Below are positions 25,642 to 40,685 of a stretch of DNA of 64,000 nucleotides, one piece after another. A program made the translations under genes and the position numbers. Under the pieces are notes generated by a model that ran no database searches, was not told the DNA's origin, and worked only from the letters and a program-made list of their open reading frames with translations. The stretch covers positions 275,962,001 to 276,026,000 of the forward strand of contig OZ024740.1 of the NCBI GenBank assembly GCA_964016885.1, given 5' to 3'. This DNA is from Eledone cirrhosa (taxonomy: Eukaryota). Position 1 is the first letter of the stretch. Every line of letters begins with the position of its first letter.

Positions 25642-26699
25642 GCATATATATTTATATTATCATTTAATAGATATCACCACCCGACCTGTTATTCCCTATT
25701 CTCCCTTCTTACCTTTTCTACGCCTCAGTGTCCTTCTTTGTCCACATGTTGCACTACAGTCTTATTCTCTTCTCTTTTACTATTTCTCTCATGTCTATGT
25801 TGTTCTACTTTGGCTAAGCCCTTGCGCACTGTATATTTGTGTAATTTGCCTAAGGGCATATCTTGTCTCTACTTGTTTTGTTATGTCCCAATGTGCCTTG
25901 GAATGAACGGCACTGATCTTAATGAACCGAAAGCGTAGTGACTTCCAGAATTTGACTGAGGAGATAGGACTGTCCGTCTTTCCGTTGTTTTTCCATTGTG
26001 TTTGCCCTGTGCACCCCTACTTTGAATATATACGTATATATATATATATATCATAAAAGGAGAGTAAGATTTGCTGGCCACTGCCATTGTGCCACCTATG
26101 AGGCTGTTTCCCCGTTAGTGCTTTGGAAACCACAAGCAGTCACTAATAACTGAGGTGCAAGCTCTCCTATCCCGATGTCATTCCAGATATTCTGGTATAG
26201 AAATCCAGGATTTGGCAGCGGCAATGAACGACACACCCACGAAGAGATCAATTGTTGAGTCGATTTCGACTGAGGCCGCCGGATGATGATGATACCAGTT
26301 ATGTTCGGCTGTCTACCAATGGGTAGAACCAGCGGCTCAGTCTGGTAAACGATGATGCAACAAATTAATTAAAGCACTAAAAATTATGAAAATAATCCAT
26401 CGAAGATGTGCTATCCAGTGGCTGGTGCGGGAACGGAGTAAAGTATTAATTAAAACAGCAACAGAAGGCCGGACAGTCAAATTTATTTTAGAATTTTAAT
26501 CCCGCGAAAGCGCTATAGATATTTCGATGGCCCACCACTATCATCCAATTATGAGGCATGGCAAGGCGATTTCATCGGGCGTTAATTACAGAATTATGTA
26601 GCAGGATGACGTTGAACACAAACATAGAATAGAAGATAGGAGATACAAAATAGAAAATTCAATTCGGGGACAGCCTGCTAATATGGTAATATCGATATA

Positions 26700-27283
26700 G
26701 CTGATTGGATCTAGCTTTCGAAACGGCCGGAGCTCAGTCGTCGGGGGTCGTGACTCTTTTCATATTACCCACTCTACTACCCTAAGTATTGAGTACTCTG
26801 GTGTGTTATGGTCCACCTGGTACCTTACCACACCCTCTTTGTTATATACACAAAACGCCAGCATCAACAGTTTTCCAAGAAATATCAAAATGAATGGACC
26901 TGTTATTTTTATCTAAAGACATTTTTTTTCCAATTCCACCCCGCCCGTCCCTTCAATCTGTCTTATTTTTCATTCTTTCTCTTGATGAAGGACTAGCGTC
27001 CGAAATGTTAAGACCTTCTTCCTGCTATTTCAAGCGTTAACCTAGTATATTCCTTCCATATACTGTACGGATTGTGTTGTTATTTCTGTTTACCTTTTAC
27101 ATACATACATACACATACATATCTGAGTTTCAGAAGATCCCGTTAAGGGTGAAAGCAGCGATTCTTTGCTTGAACTTTAATCTGTTATTTTAATAAATAT
27201 TTGCTCTACGGTTCTTATGTATTTGATATATATTTATCCTTATCGAGCCCTCTTTGGATTTTAGTCTTCAAATTTATTATTAT

Positions 27284-27290
<7 letters not shown>
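26700..27290 (+). mobile_element. Cluster of pLTR-like cassettes: family A (26700-26845), family D (26850-27100, HHR 26978-27013), family E (27126-27290)
   Basis: Direct homology to other copies in the window. Confidence 0.7.
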
Positions 27291-27338
<48 letters not shown>

Positions 27339-27403
27339 CAAATAACGAAACGAAATTAAATTTCGTTTCGTTTGTAACTCACTTTTGTATGACTGACGCT
27401 TAA

Positions 27404-27516
27404 ACAATTAAGTTAAAAATGTACATCCACATATGTATACTGAAATACTAGTATGTGTGTATTCATATGCATACTAGCATTTCAGTATACATATGTGGAT
27501 GTACATTTTTAACTTA

Positions 27517-27521
<5 letters not shown>
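27404..27521. repeat. Near-perfect palindrome beside (TA)n
   Basis: ACAATTAAGTTAAAAATGTACATCCAC.../...GTGGATGTACATTTTTAACTTAATTGT. Confidence 0.85.
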
Positions 27522-27608
<87 letters not shown>

Positions 27609-28603
27609 ATCCTGGATGCAGTAATGGTTAATTACTACACTGGATAGAGTTGACATACGGGCAGGGGTTACTCAACGAGTTATGGAAGAATAGTTGAAGA
27701 AACTCAGTTCCTAATCCTTCTGTATCCCGGAGTGTAGATAAAGAATGAATAATAACAGGTAGACATCATAAAAAGGTAATTTATTCTGTGTGCTTACAAA
27801 TGTTTCCACGGTGGTTATACAGCCTAGTTATGCTGTGTGCAAATTTATAAATATTTGCAAAACTCAATTATCAAATGCTGTGACCACTGTGAGAGAGAAT
27901 GGAGAGAAAGAAAGAATGAATGCACGGTGGGCAGAGGAGCAGGGAAGAAAAAATATCCCCTTTCATCTCTTTATTTTATCTTATTTCCTTCTTTTCTCTT
28001 CCTTTAGAATGTCATTCTGATCCCCCACAACCCTTCTTCCCTGTCACTAGTCCCACATCCTTTCTCTGATCAACTGCTCTCGTGTTCGTATCATCAATAT
28101 TTCTCTCCTTAACCTATCGGTTAGTTCTTTTGAGTCTCGTCTGAAGACACACGATATTTTCCCTTCTTTCACCATTTAACTTTCTTGCTTTGTATTTACA
28201 TTCAAAAGAATGTTTTGTTTGTATTTACATATCCAAACATTCTTTTGTCATTTTGTCATATTTGCTTCTCTGTCAGTAGGTTATCTACATGATATTGATA
28301 ATTTCGTAAGGTACCCCGATTTCATGCTACTGTATTGTCCCACTTAGTCTAGAGACACACATATTTGGTATATTCGTTTCTTGCGTTGTTTATTTGCAAG
28401 TAACAAGAGCTTTATAAGCTATCGATGCAGCAATACGTCTGGTACCAACTTACGCATCGAAACCGGATTGTTACGTAATGCATACAGGTTGGTTGAATTG
28501 GCGAGTGTTGTTTCCTGCGTTGTTTCTGTCTTTAATATAAACATTTTGTCCTCGTTGTGATAATTTTGCTATCTATAAATATATATACACATACATGTAT
28601 GTA

Positions 28604-28647
<44 letters not shown>

Positions 28648-29202
28648 CCTAGCCTATTCAATAATTAAACCTCTTCTTCATTTGCTTATCAAGACGTTGA
28701 TACTGCGTCATATTCCGTGATCGTCGGAATCACAATCATCATCATCATCATCATTATAATCATTGCCACCATCATCATCAGTAGCAACCTACGCTTTCTC
28801 ACTGTCTGTCTTTCCCTCTCTGTCTTTCACTTTCTCTCTGTCTTCCACTTTCTTCTCAGCAGGCATTACTTTCCTCACCATCCCACTCCCTCAGTTCACC
28901 CAATATTTGCGCAAGATAACGACGTCAGTCCTACTTGGCAGCACTAATCAACACCACTAGCTATTAAGACGATAGAATTTTAATTACATACACTTCTAAT
29001 TAATACAATGTAGCTGTTTTCACAATAGGTCATTAAAGCAGATATATATCAATTGCCATACAAAATGTTTGTGTACGCTGACCCCTTCCTCTCTCTTTCT
29101 CTATCTCAATCTCTCTCTCATTTTCTGTCTCCCGCTATTTCTTATTATGTGTGTTTTATATATTTTCTTTCTGTATGTGTATATAGACTGTATATATATA
29201 CT

Positions 29203-29282
<80 letters not shown>

Positions 29283-29344
29283 AATATATACATACATTCA
29301 TATATATATATATATACAAATCCATATAGTTATATATATATGTA

Positions 29345-29472
<128 letters not shown>

Positions 29473-29489
29473 TTATATATATACACACA

Positions 29490-29555
<66 letters not shown>

Positions 29556-29571
29556 TTATATATATACACAC

Positions 29572-29639
<68 letters not shown>

Positions 29640-29751
29640 GCATATATGAATGTATTACGCTTTTTATATAATCTATTACCGTCATTTAAATAACAATAAG
29701 AGAAAGAAGAATATTAGGTTACACACACACATACACACACACACACACACA

Positions 29752-29860
<109 letters not shown>

Positions 29861-30276
29861 GCACGCTTATCATATATGCATATATTCGGACGTGTGATAG
29901 CTTAGTGAGAAACCTGTGACATTCTCTCAAGCTTTAACTAGGGAATAAGATATCTATACATATACTTGGGGACTTTTCTGTCTAACTTTTCTCTAGTTCC
30001 AGCATTTCTTTTTACTGTTCATTTGTAATCTTTATCTAATGCTAATCTAATTCACAAGGTTTCAACGAAGCTTGTTAGAATTTAGATGACTTAAACCTTT
30101 GAATCCCTTCCTCATCAGCCACTACTACTTTATACCTTGGATATATCATTCTTTCAATTTCCTTTACGTCTTTTATTGCTTCTCGATTTCAGCTATAGGG
30201 AAAGGGAAAGAAGATGAAAAAAGGAATGAAGCAACAAAGGGAAGGGATAGAGAATGAGTGGGTCATACTCTATATC

Positions 30277-30441
30277 CAATGCCGGATTAACCATTGAGCT
30301 TAGGTGTGCTTAAGCACAAGGCCCCGTTGGCTAGAAGAAGTGGGCCATCTGATAAAAAAAGGCTTTACGATGAATTTTTCAAATGTTTGAGGCTTCATAA
30401 CTTAACTAGCAAAGGACCCCATTTGTCCTAAATCCGGCACT
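30277..30441. mobile_element. Small MITE (hAT-like)
   Basis: TIR TGCCGGATT/AATCCGGCA; imperfect TSD CTATATC/CTACATC. Confidence 0.5.
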
Positions 30442-30740
30442 CTACATCCTAGTCTGAGCTGTTATTCGGCCGTGCCTCGTTGACTGAATGGCCAAGGCAT
30501 TGTCACGGAAAATGACCGGCGACACCTTCTGCAACAGCCACCCCACCCCACTGTGCTCCTTCCTAGGGAGGGGTGCTCGCTTTCCGATTTTGTGGAGAAA
30601 ATTGGCAGTGCGGGGCCCAAGGACACTATAGGTATTGTCAGCAACCGGTACGAAAAGAAAGTGATCGAATAAACCCGGAATTTGTTTATGTCAGCTATTC
30701 ATTAGCACCCAATATTACATATTTTTTAGATAGACACAAG

Positions 30741-30890
30741 GGCAGAAAATTGGCAGAGTTGTTAGAACGTCGGATAGAATGCTTTATGTTATTCGTTCCG
30801 GCTCTCGGAGTTCAAATCCCGCCGAGCTCAATTTTGCCTTTCATCCATTCGAGGTCGATAAAAAAAGTACCAGTCTAGTACTGGGTCGAT
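30741..30890 (+). mobile_element. tRNA-derived SINE (Meta-like core)
   Basis: Homologous to 318-507; further copies at 31915-32110 (-), ~33830-34010, ~34475-34690, ~49150-49270. Confidence 0.7.
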
Positions 30891-31339
30891 TCTCCATGTA
30901 AATCTCTTTCTGCTTTCCCCTCTCTCACTTTTTATCTTTCTCTGGAAGATATCTGCTGTACTCAGGCCTGGGAAGGAATGGGCTCCACCAGGCTTAAAAT
31001 GTCCAAGAAACGTCGTGTCAATACGGTGCGCCTACGACTCTATCAGGAGTTAGGAGTCCATACGTATATACACATTTCGGCACAATAATTGCAACAGTAA
31101 TATGTCATACAAATATATATATATGTGATGTTTACAAATTTTGATTATTTAATTAACTAATTAATTAGTTATCATTAATTTTTCTATTGCTTGTTTCATT
31201 CAGTCTCTGCAATATTTATTCTCTGAACAATTCTAATTTTCTAAACCAATTAATGAATAATCTTCTACATTTATTAAGTGAAACTGTCATCACTACCACA
31301 GCGTGTTCTCTTGAGTCTAGTAGGATCGGCTGAAATATT

Positions 31340-31840
31340 TACTAGCTGACTATGAAGGATTGATGCTAGAGCTGTGAAATCTTGCAATCGTTAATTTCAA
31401 TTCTTCTTATTTATAACTGCATTGTTTCTTTCCATGGACTATATTAAAAATTAAACATCGTTTGGTCATTCCATTAGAGCAGGGTTTCCCGATTTTTTTC
31501 AAACGCGAAACCCTTTTTGATTCAAAAACTTTTGAGGAAACCCCCAAGTCTTATACTGTACACTTCGTCCTCGAGGACGCACTCTAATTTTGACAACCAA
31601 AAATTTGAAAAAAATGATAAACAACCGTTGGCCTCCAGGACGCATGGTAGATTTTTGAGACTTATTTTAGGAAAAAAGTAGCGTCTTCGACGCCGGGAAA
31701 TATGGTATATTGTCGTAATATAAATATACTCCTCCACTTTTTTTCACGGAATCCCAGACACTCCTTTGCGGAACCCACTTTGGAAGCCACTTTATTAGAG
31801 TATCTTGGTCAGCCAGTGAACTTTTCAGCCGACCCTCGTA
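31340..31840. mobile_element. Nested DNA-transposon remnants: mariner-like MITE interrupted by hAT element (31480-31792) containing a pogo/Tigger-like MITE (~31553-31709)
   Basis: Outer halves match uninterrupted copy 33042-33290; 8-bp TSD CATTAGAG/TATTAGAG; inner ends TACTGTA...TATGGTA. Confidence 0.65.
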
Positions 31841-32476
31841 TGGTTCACTGATGTGGTCAAAATAAGATCATAGTGTATCACGAATTGTTACTAGTACTTA
31901 CTGAGAAAAGAAAATAATTGTTTCTACTTTGGGCACAAGGCCAGCAATTATACCAGTGCATTACTGGTACTTTATTTTTTCAACCCCGTAAGGATGAAAG
32001 GCAAAGTTAACCTCGGAGGGATTTGAATTCAGACCGTAAAGGGCCGTAACTCCATGCCGTAACCCCATGCTGCAAAGCATGGCGTCCGACCCCCTACCGA
32101 TACTGGCAATAATATTACACATTGAGTAATACTGTTTGCTTCTTACTGCATAAATATTTTTAGTGGGGTTTTTATTGCTTTCTGCGTTAAATATCTTAAC
32201 ACTAACTTAACTGTGGCCTGTTATGTTAACCAGATGGCATCTCTGAGTTATTTAGACTCTAATTAAGGTATAAATTATGGAAATCAACCAGCAGGTATAT
32301 TTTGCATTCTGCTTTCGATCCTTTGATTTTACGATCACAAACAGTAATACTCGAACTTTTACATGATGTGCTGTTTGTTCTTTTACACTCACAAAGTTCC
32401 CAAACCGACGTATTTCAATCTAGCATCAACGTTGCTGCTTTTCTCTCTCCCTTTCTCTCTCTCTCTCTCTCTCTCT

Positions 32477-32518
<42 letters not shown>

Positions 32519-33041
32519 CCCCTCTCTTTCTACCTCACCCTCTCTCTCCCTCTCTCTCTCTCTATCTCCTTCTCTCTCTCACCCCCTCTCTCTACCTCAC
32601 ACCCCTCTCTCTCTCTCCCTCTCTTTCTCTTCCCTCCCTCTCACCCCCCCTCTCTCTCTTTCTCACACATACATACTCACATACTCACATATAAATAGTA
32701 CGTTTACAAGTACAGCGCAAAATAGAAAATTGTACAGAACCACCCATAGGAATCAAACTACGTATCTGTCTTATCGATTACACCAGAGCATCTGAACGAT
32801 TGAAAGCATCAAATTAGTACCCATAAGCAATTTATTGTATAAATTACTTCATCTCGTCTCTCACACAAGGAGCATAAGTATATTTTCGTAAATATTCCAC
32901 CAACAGCAGTAGACAGGCATCTCCAAAGTTGTGTAAACTACTGCAGCATCATACAGAAATTCTGAAACAAATCTCAGAATATGAATAGTAGTTGATTACA
33001 ATAACTGGTTAAGATTTGTAATATAATATAACCTAAAATTA

Positions 33042-33290
33042 TACGAGGGTGTATTGAAAAGTTCATAGGCTGACAATGAAGGAGTGATGCTAGGACTGTG
33101 AAATCTTACATGCATTAATTTCAACTCAATAAAGAAACCGTTATTATTAATAAAGAAACCATTAATTTCAACTCGTTTTATTAATAACTGCATCGTTTCT
33201 GTCCAGGGACTATGCTGAAAAATAAACTTCATTTGGTCATTCCATGAGAGTATCTTGGTCAGCCTATGAATCTTTCAGCCGACCCTCGTA
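33042..33290. mobile_element. Tc1/mariner-type MITE
   Basis: TA-CGAGGGT..GAAAAGTTCATAGGCTGAC / GTCAGCCTATGAATCTTTC..ACCCTCG-TA. Confidence 0.8.
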
Positions 33291-34958
33291 TGTTTATCAA
33301 GGCACAGTGAAGAAAAAGTGTACAGAACCGCCTACTGGCACCGAACCTCTTAGCTGTCGTGTACCGATTACATCAAAGTGTCTATCAGTATGATGTCAAC
33401 AATTACTTTTTGACCTGTCTACTCAACCACACAATGAATACACCGAAAGGAAAAAAATTCAGCGGTCAAATAATTTAAGACCGAATAATACAACTAAGTC
33501 AACGAGGATTTAGAAAATAAATACACTTTATGTCACCCACCAGATTAGTTATCACATGTAACATCAGTAATGGATCAAGAAATGATTGCAGTGCATTTTC
33601 TCTTTTAAATAGGACTACCATTTTTCTGGATTGGGGGGGGGGGGGTCTCTTATTTTACTGAATAGACATTACTAAGATATGCCAGCCACTTGAAAAGCAG
33701 AATTAAATTAGTACGGATATATTTAATGTGTTATGCTTTAAAAAAGCTGATTAGAAATAATTATATGGTAATGAAAAGAAAATATTAGTTAATAACTTCT
33801 ATGTTTCAATTACTGATTTTATCAATTGTAGTGGATTTAGCAGAATTGATAGAGCGTTAGACCAAATGCTGTGTCGCATTTCTGTACCACAGTCAAATTT
33901 ACCTTTCATCCTTCCGACCTTTATGAAATAAAGAAATAATTAAAAACTGTGATAGATTCAGTCGATGAAATCCTCCGACAATTTTTCTGGTCATGTACTT
34001 ATATTAGAAATGAATCTTCTACTTATTCTTGCAGTTACGAAAGAGAACTCTCAACATGTTTTGTTCTTATTAGACATCAAGTAATCCATATATAAATTTG
34101 AGCGACTTCCGTCCGTCCGTCACACAATGTATGTGTGTTTGTATGAATGTATGTGTGTGTGTGTAAAAGGATGGAAGGGGATGGTGGAAAGACTATAGCA
34201 AAATAACGGCTGGCGTTTTCATTTGCTACGCTGTGTGGTGTGAGTGTATGTGTACGTGTGTGTTTGTGTACGTTTGTGAGTATGTGTGTTTGTATGAATG
34301 TATGTGTGTATGTCTGTGAGTGTATTTTTTTGTAAGTATGTCTGTGTTGGCGCGTTTATATTTATTTATATATTCATGCATATAAATGTATGCATATGCA
34401 CATACACACATGCACACATATATACACATACGCGTCAGCGTGTTGAAGAAATCCTAGTGATAAGAAAAACATGACGAATTGGCAAAGTCGTTATAACGTC
34501 GGACAGAATGCTTTGCGGAATATATTTATTGCTATTTACACTATGAGTTCAAATCCAGCTATGGTCAACTTCGTCTTTTAATCTTCTGGAATCTATAACA
34601 TGATAGAGTACCTGTTAAGTACTGGGACCCGATAGTACCAACAAACCCCTCCACCCCCAAATAAATGTGCTTAAAATTAGAAACCATAATTATGTTTCTA
34701 TTGTGATCGCTACATGTGCAGAAATCAATGTCATTTTATTTAATTTTGTATTTATTTCTTTGCTGAGGAAATACCTTTAGTACTAACAGTTTATAGCTAA
34801 CCTTTAGTCCAAGTTCAGTGTTTGAGTGACAATTGACAGTTGGCTGATATCATGTTTAGAAGACAGTGGTATGAGGAAATATGGTGGTGGTAGTTCCGGA
34901 AGTTGAATGAGTTTAGGTGGTTGAGAAACAGCGTTAGTGAATAAGTACAGTAAAACAA

Positions 34959-34992
<34 letters not shown>

Positions 34993-35887
34993 TAATAATA
35001 ATAATTTCTATTCATCCTTTTTTTCTTTTGATAATAATGGTGCAATATGAATGTGTGTGAGAGCATGAGTCAGAATTAAAAAATAATAAAACACACTATG
35101 TTTCATAGAGACGTAATTTATTTATTTATTTATTTATTTATTTATTCATTTATTTATTTTATTTATATTATTTATTGATTTAGTTTATTTATTTATTTGT
35201 TTATTTTTTTGTTTATTTATATATTGTTCATAATGAAATAAAATTGATTTATTTCATTTATTCAGCTACTGAAGCGTTAATGTGCTTTCCTTAGATCATT
35301 TTCATTCCTGATGTATGTATGTGTCGCAATGATATCTCACTGTGTTGTGTGTTGTTATTTTTTTTTATCACTAAATCTATCTCTCTATCTATCCATCTCA
35401 GTCTGTCTGACTGGCTATGTATGTTTATGTATGTATGTCTATGTATGTATGTCTATGTATATATATATATATATGTAAAAGTTCTATTTAAATTGTTGGG
35501 ATACAACAAGCAAATATTTTTATAACTGATATAAAGCACTCAACAAATATTTGGAGTAAAAATACGATATTAACAAATGGAAACTATATTTATAAAACCA
35601 TATTTATTTCATTATACATATTTCAAGGACACCAAGTTAAATTATGGTGTGCTTTCATCAGATAAAATATAATATAGATCAGTTTTATAAATAAATATTG
35701 ACATACCCTTAAAAAATGCAACCATTACTGTTGGAAGCTCCCGGATAGGGAGTTGTTTAATTATATTATTATTAGTATTGGATATTTTTATTTTTAAAAT
35801 AAGCCGTTGGGTTACAGAGAAAGAAAAAGATAAAGAAGGAGAGAGAGAAAAGAAAAAATATATATATATATATATGAATGTATATGA

Positions 35888-35961
<74 letters not shown>

Positions 35962-36396
35962 GCATACATATATATATAGTCACTCTTCTGTATCAGAATA
36001 GAACCACCTACACAATGAACAAAATAACAAGACAACAAACCACCAATAGCAGATACAATATTAATTAAAGTTGTATTATTGTGAGTGCTATTTAAATAGA
36101 ACTTTATTTCTTGATTGGCCATTCATAATAAATTTAGATTTAAAAAATACAACATTCCACCTAGTAGTGGCTGGCTCTCGTCTAACGTTTTTATTCTTCA
36201 TTTTTATGGATTCTCTGCTACTAGTAGAAGAAAAATTCCTCTTAGTTGTAAAATCTGAACTATGTGAAAATGCTTGTATATATACAATATGTAGAATTCC
36301 GAGTTGTATTATGTGTGTGGGGGGGGGGGGGAACCACACATGAAAGGTACTCAATACATTGGCAGAGTATAGGTATATGTGTTGTACCAGTCATTT

Positions 36397-36436
<40 letters not shown>

Positions 36437-36748
36437 AATAAACATTTAGCGAGAATCGCATTTCGGCGGGCAGATAAGGCGAAGCGAAATGCAAAAATCA
36501 GAAATGATACTGGCAAAGTGCTCAATAGTTGAAAACCAGAGCTAAACAATGTGTTAAGAAGCCATACAAAACTGAAAAGGTGGTCAAGAAGGCATTAACC
36601 ACCCAAGCCAAAAACCAAATCAAGCTAAACAGGTCAAAACAAAATAAATGATAACCAGACCTGGACTCCCGGAATTGCTGTTAAAATCCGATGTAGAGTT
36701 TCTGTGACACCTAAATCAAAATACAGTCTGCTTAAAAATATAAGCTTT

Positions 36749-36809
<61 letters not shown>

Positions 36810-37390
36810 ATACAATAACAGAGATAGTTTAAAGCTAAACTCTGACTGGTAACCATCTCACTCAACAAACATTAGGTTATATTTAAATATAAACCCAATT
36901 TAAGTGTTTGGGGTGCTAACAATATGTATAATGTGGAAAAACCAGTTGTATTATTTTATGAGATATAATTAAAGTTAAAGTACATCTCTTTCCAAACAAT
37001 TGTTTCATTATAAGTTTTCTACAAGTTGGGAGAATGTTTCCAGTTTATGTAGAAGCCTAATATATATTCATGTAAGAATATATTTAGGTGGGCACTTATA
37101 AATCATCAGTGGAAGCCCGTTAAACTTTGATATAAGAAAATAATTTCTTACCGCTGTCAAAAATCGTGTACGTAAAGTTACTCTCTCTCGCCTCGAATGA
37201 CCGCCAAATTTGAAATTCCAGCAGTTTTGGGTTGAGGGAGTATCATAGCGACACGAAGCGGGAAGGGGAGACAACCCACGATCCACAAAATGAGGAAAAA
37301 AAAATAATATACACGCGGGTTAATTAGTTTTTTTGAAAACATTATCAATCCAACGTGTTTAAGAACTCAATTGAAAATAAAATAAAATAT
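36810..37390 (-). mobile_element. Family F element with large hammerhead (36990-37114); diverged paralogue 40378-40930 (HHR 40562-40685)
   Basis: Shared blocks CCATCTCACTCAACAAACATTAGG, GTGTTTGGGGTGCTAAC, AAGAACTCAATTG. Confidence 0.75.
36990..37114 (-). ncRNA. Hammerhead ribozyme motif with ~90-nt branched stem II
   Basis: TTCCA-CTGATGA-T-TTATAAGT...ACTTATAA-T-GAAA-CAATTG-TT-TGGAA. Confidence 0.75.
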
Positions 37391-37499
37391 ATATAGATAT
37401 ATATAAAATAAGTAAGTCAAAAATGTAAAATTTGGCTTCGTTTATTATAAATTCTCTGCTATATATATTTCTGTGACAGCTATTATTGGCTGTTACCTC

Positions 37500-38047
<548 letters not shown>

Positions 38048-39159
38048 GTGAGCGATGAGACAGAAAAGGCATGAAAGGCATTACATGAGAGGAAGAATAG
38101 AACGTAGGAAAAAAGCGAAAGCCGGGAGTGAGTTGACAAGAAATTGTGAAAAATCTTTTCTCAGTGAAATTTGATACATATTTATTAAACGTAAGTATAT
38201 TACTCCGTACACCTCTCCCCACACACACATAGATTTTCCGTAAAAAAAAAGTTACTTATACTTTCTTTATATGGCCATATTCGAAATGATTATCTTCAAT
38301 CATTTATTTCATGTTGACATCCATCATAGCCACAGCTAACGTCTAATTTGCTGTATATTATCAGTAAATAAATACCTCAGATAGACGAATTAAGTTGGTA
38401 CTTGTGGATCTCGTGGTTCTGTCTACCACAGAAATCATTGATATATATTTTAATTGCTCTAACTCGATATATAAGTAGTTCTCTACTTTGGTAACACAAA
38501 ATTATTTTCAATTGTGTAATAAATGTGCTCATTTCGTTCTACTTTTGCGTTTCACTCTCTTCATATTAAGCTAATCAAAGTTGACTGTTATCTATATTCA
38601 GACTTTTGAGAAGCCACGGTCCTTCCATACCTTCTGAAGAAGTTAATAATAGCCACAAAAACACCTAGACATCTCAAAAGGTAAATATACATTTTTTTTT
38701 TGGGGGGGGGTAGACGATGTAGTCCCTGGTAATGTTATGTAAGTGACGCGAGGTTGGGGTGAGTGAGATATAGCGAGCTGGGGGTAAGTAAGAAGAAGGA
38801 AGAAGAAATCGTGTTTGAAATATTTTTGTTATACCAATCAAGTTGGCAGTTGCGATAGTGCCGGACAAAATCAAGTACCACTGATCTCTGCTCTGATGTT
38901 TATATTTTGAAGTCGATAAAGTATATTACAAGTCCAGAGTAATAGATATACAGAATAGTGAGAGAATTGGACAAGATGACTTATTGCATTTGTACTAGGT
39001 CTTTATTTTCTAAGTTCAAATCACCCCTGTGACCTATGTAAATGGAAGCCATAATATGTCACCTAGTTTACCAACATCACTTGACAATCTGGGTGCTTTT
39101 AGTAGATTTGCAAGCATTTATATATATATATATATCATTATCATCATCATCATCATCTT

Positions 39160-39537
39160 CATTTTACGTCCGCTTTTCCCTGCTTCCATTGATGGGACGG
39201 GTCCTATTCAGTACAGCATCTCTCCACTTGTCACGTCCTTCGCCATCTCCACCGTGAGCTTCAGCTATCTGAGGTCTGCTCTCACCACCTCCGCCCATGT
39301 TTTTCGTGGTCTTCCTCTGCTACGTCTTCCTTCAACTGGCATTTCTTGGCATTTCTTCACCCATCGGTCATCCTCCATGCGCATCACATGTCCATACCAT
39401 CGCAGTCTCCTCTCCCGCACACTACAACTTTTCCCTCTCAGACACAGTTTCTCTCTCAACGCATCCATACTCGGTCGTTCACGCACGTTGACATTGCACA
39501 TTCAACGGAGCATGCTTGCCTCATTTCTCTCCAGCCG

Positions 39538-39538
<1 letters not shown>
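39160..39538 (-). mobile_element. RTE-like LINE 3' fragment
   Basis: RERRLRWYGHVMRM...VEGRRSRGRPRKTWAEVVRADL; (GAT)n tail. Confidence 0.85.
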
Positions 39539-39623
<85 letters not shown>

Positions 39624-39628
<5 letters not shown>

Positions 39629-39830
39629 AACGAGTAGGACCCCGACGGCTGAGCTCAAGCCGTTTCGACGGCTAATTCTGGACTAAATTTTAGTCCAGAA
39701 TTAGCCGTCGAAACGGCTTGAGCTCAGCCGTCGGGGTCCTCCTCGTTCCTATTACCCACTCTACTACCCTAAGTATTGAGTACTTTGGTGCGTTATGGTC
39801 CACCTAGTTCCTTACCACATTTCCTTCGTT
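39624..39830. mobile_element. Fold-back family A copy
   Basis: Palindrome 39624-39752 plus tail; within (TA)n. Confidence 0.8.
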
Positions 39831-39852
39831 ATATATATATATATATATATAT

Positions 39853-40196
39853 ATATCACAAAAAGAAAGAGAATCAGTGTTGCAACGAATGGAATTTATT
39901 GGACATATTACAATCGTTTCTCTGGCGACCATCTCAAGGCACGATCGATGTGATGATCGAACTGACTCTGAAAATCGCAAGGTCCTCAGATACGTCTTCT
40001 TTCTACGAAGCAGATTTTCCAGATTTTTGGAAAATCTGCTTCGTAGAATCAAGACGTATCTGAGGACCTTGTGATTTTCAGAGTCAGTTCGATCATCACA
40101 TCGATCGTGCCTTGAGATGGTCGCCAGAGAAACGATTGTAATATGTCCAATAAATTCCATTCGTCGCAACACTGATTCTCTTTCTTTTTATGATAT
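39853..40196. mobile_element. Fold-back family B: ~340-bp palindrome with a complete hammerhead in each arm (39902-39996 minus; 40053-40147 plus)
   Basis: GACGTAT-CTGAGGA...GAAA-CGATTG-TA-ATATGTC followed by AATAAA. Confidence 0.8.
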
Positions 40197-40561
40197 CATA
40201 CTCTGCTCTGTGAGAGCATCGAATGCTCAAACGGCCTACCTTATACGGACGCTTTAAGCATCCAACACCAATTATATATATATATATATATATATAGCAC
40301 ACCTGAAACAATTATAAAGCCATAAGATGGTTTAGAATCTTCGATTCCACATTTATATATATATATATATATATATACAATCAATACATAGACAGAGAAA
40401 GCCTTAAGCGATACTCCGGCCAACTCCATCTCACTCAACAAACATTAGGATATACCTAAGTATTATCCCAATTTAGTGTTTGGGGTGCTAACTAATCAGT
40501 ATTTCGTGGATAGTTGGTTGTATTATTTTATGAGACATTATTAAATAAATATCTCTTTCCT

Positions 40562-40685
40562 TCCAGACGGCCGTTTCGTCATAAGATTTCTACAATTTGG
40601 GATAAATAATTTCCAGGTTATGTAGAAACTTGTATATAATCCATAGTTTTATACACAAGCGGGCTCATATAAACTCATCAGTGGA
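40562..40685 (-). ncRNA. Hammerhead ribozyme motif with branched stem II
   Basis: TCCA-CTGATGA-GTT...TGAC-GAAA-CGGCCG-TC-TGGA; GUC site. Confidence 0.75.

Noticed and set aside
34805-34955. Short open frame on the minus strand as a possible exon
   Set aside because: No clear splice signals or recognisable domain
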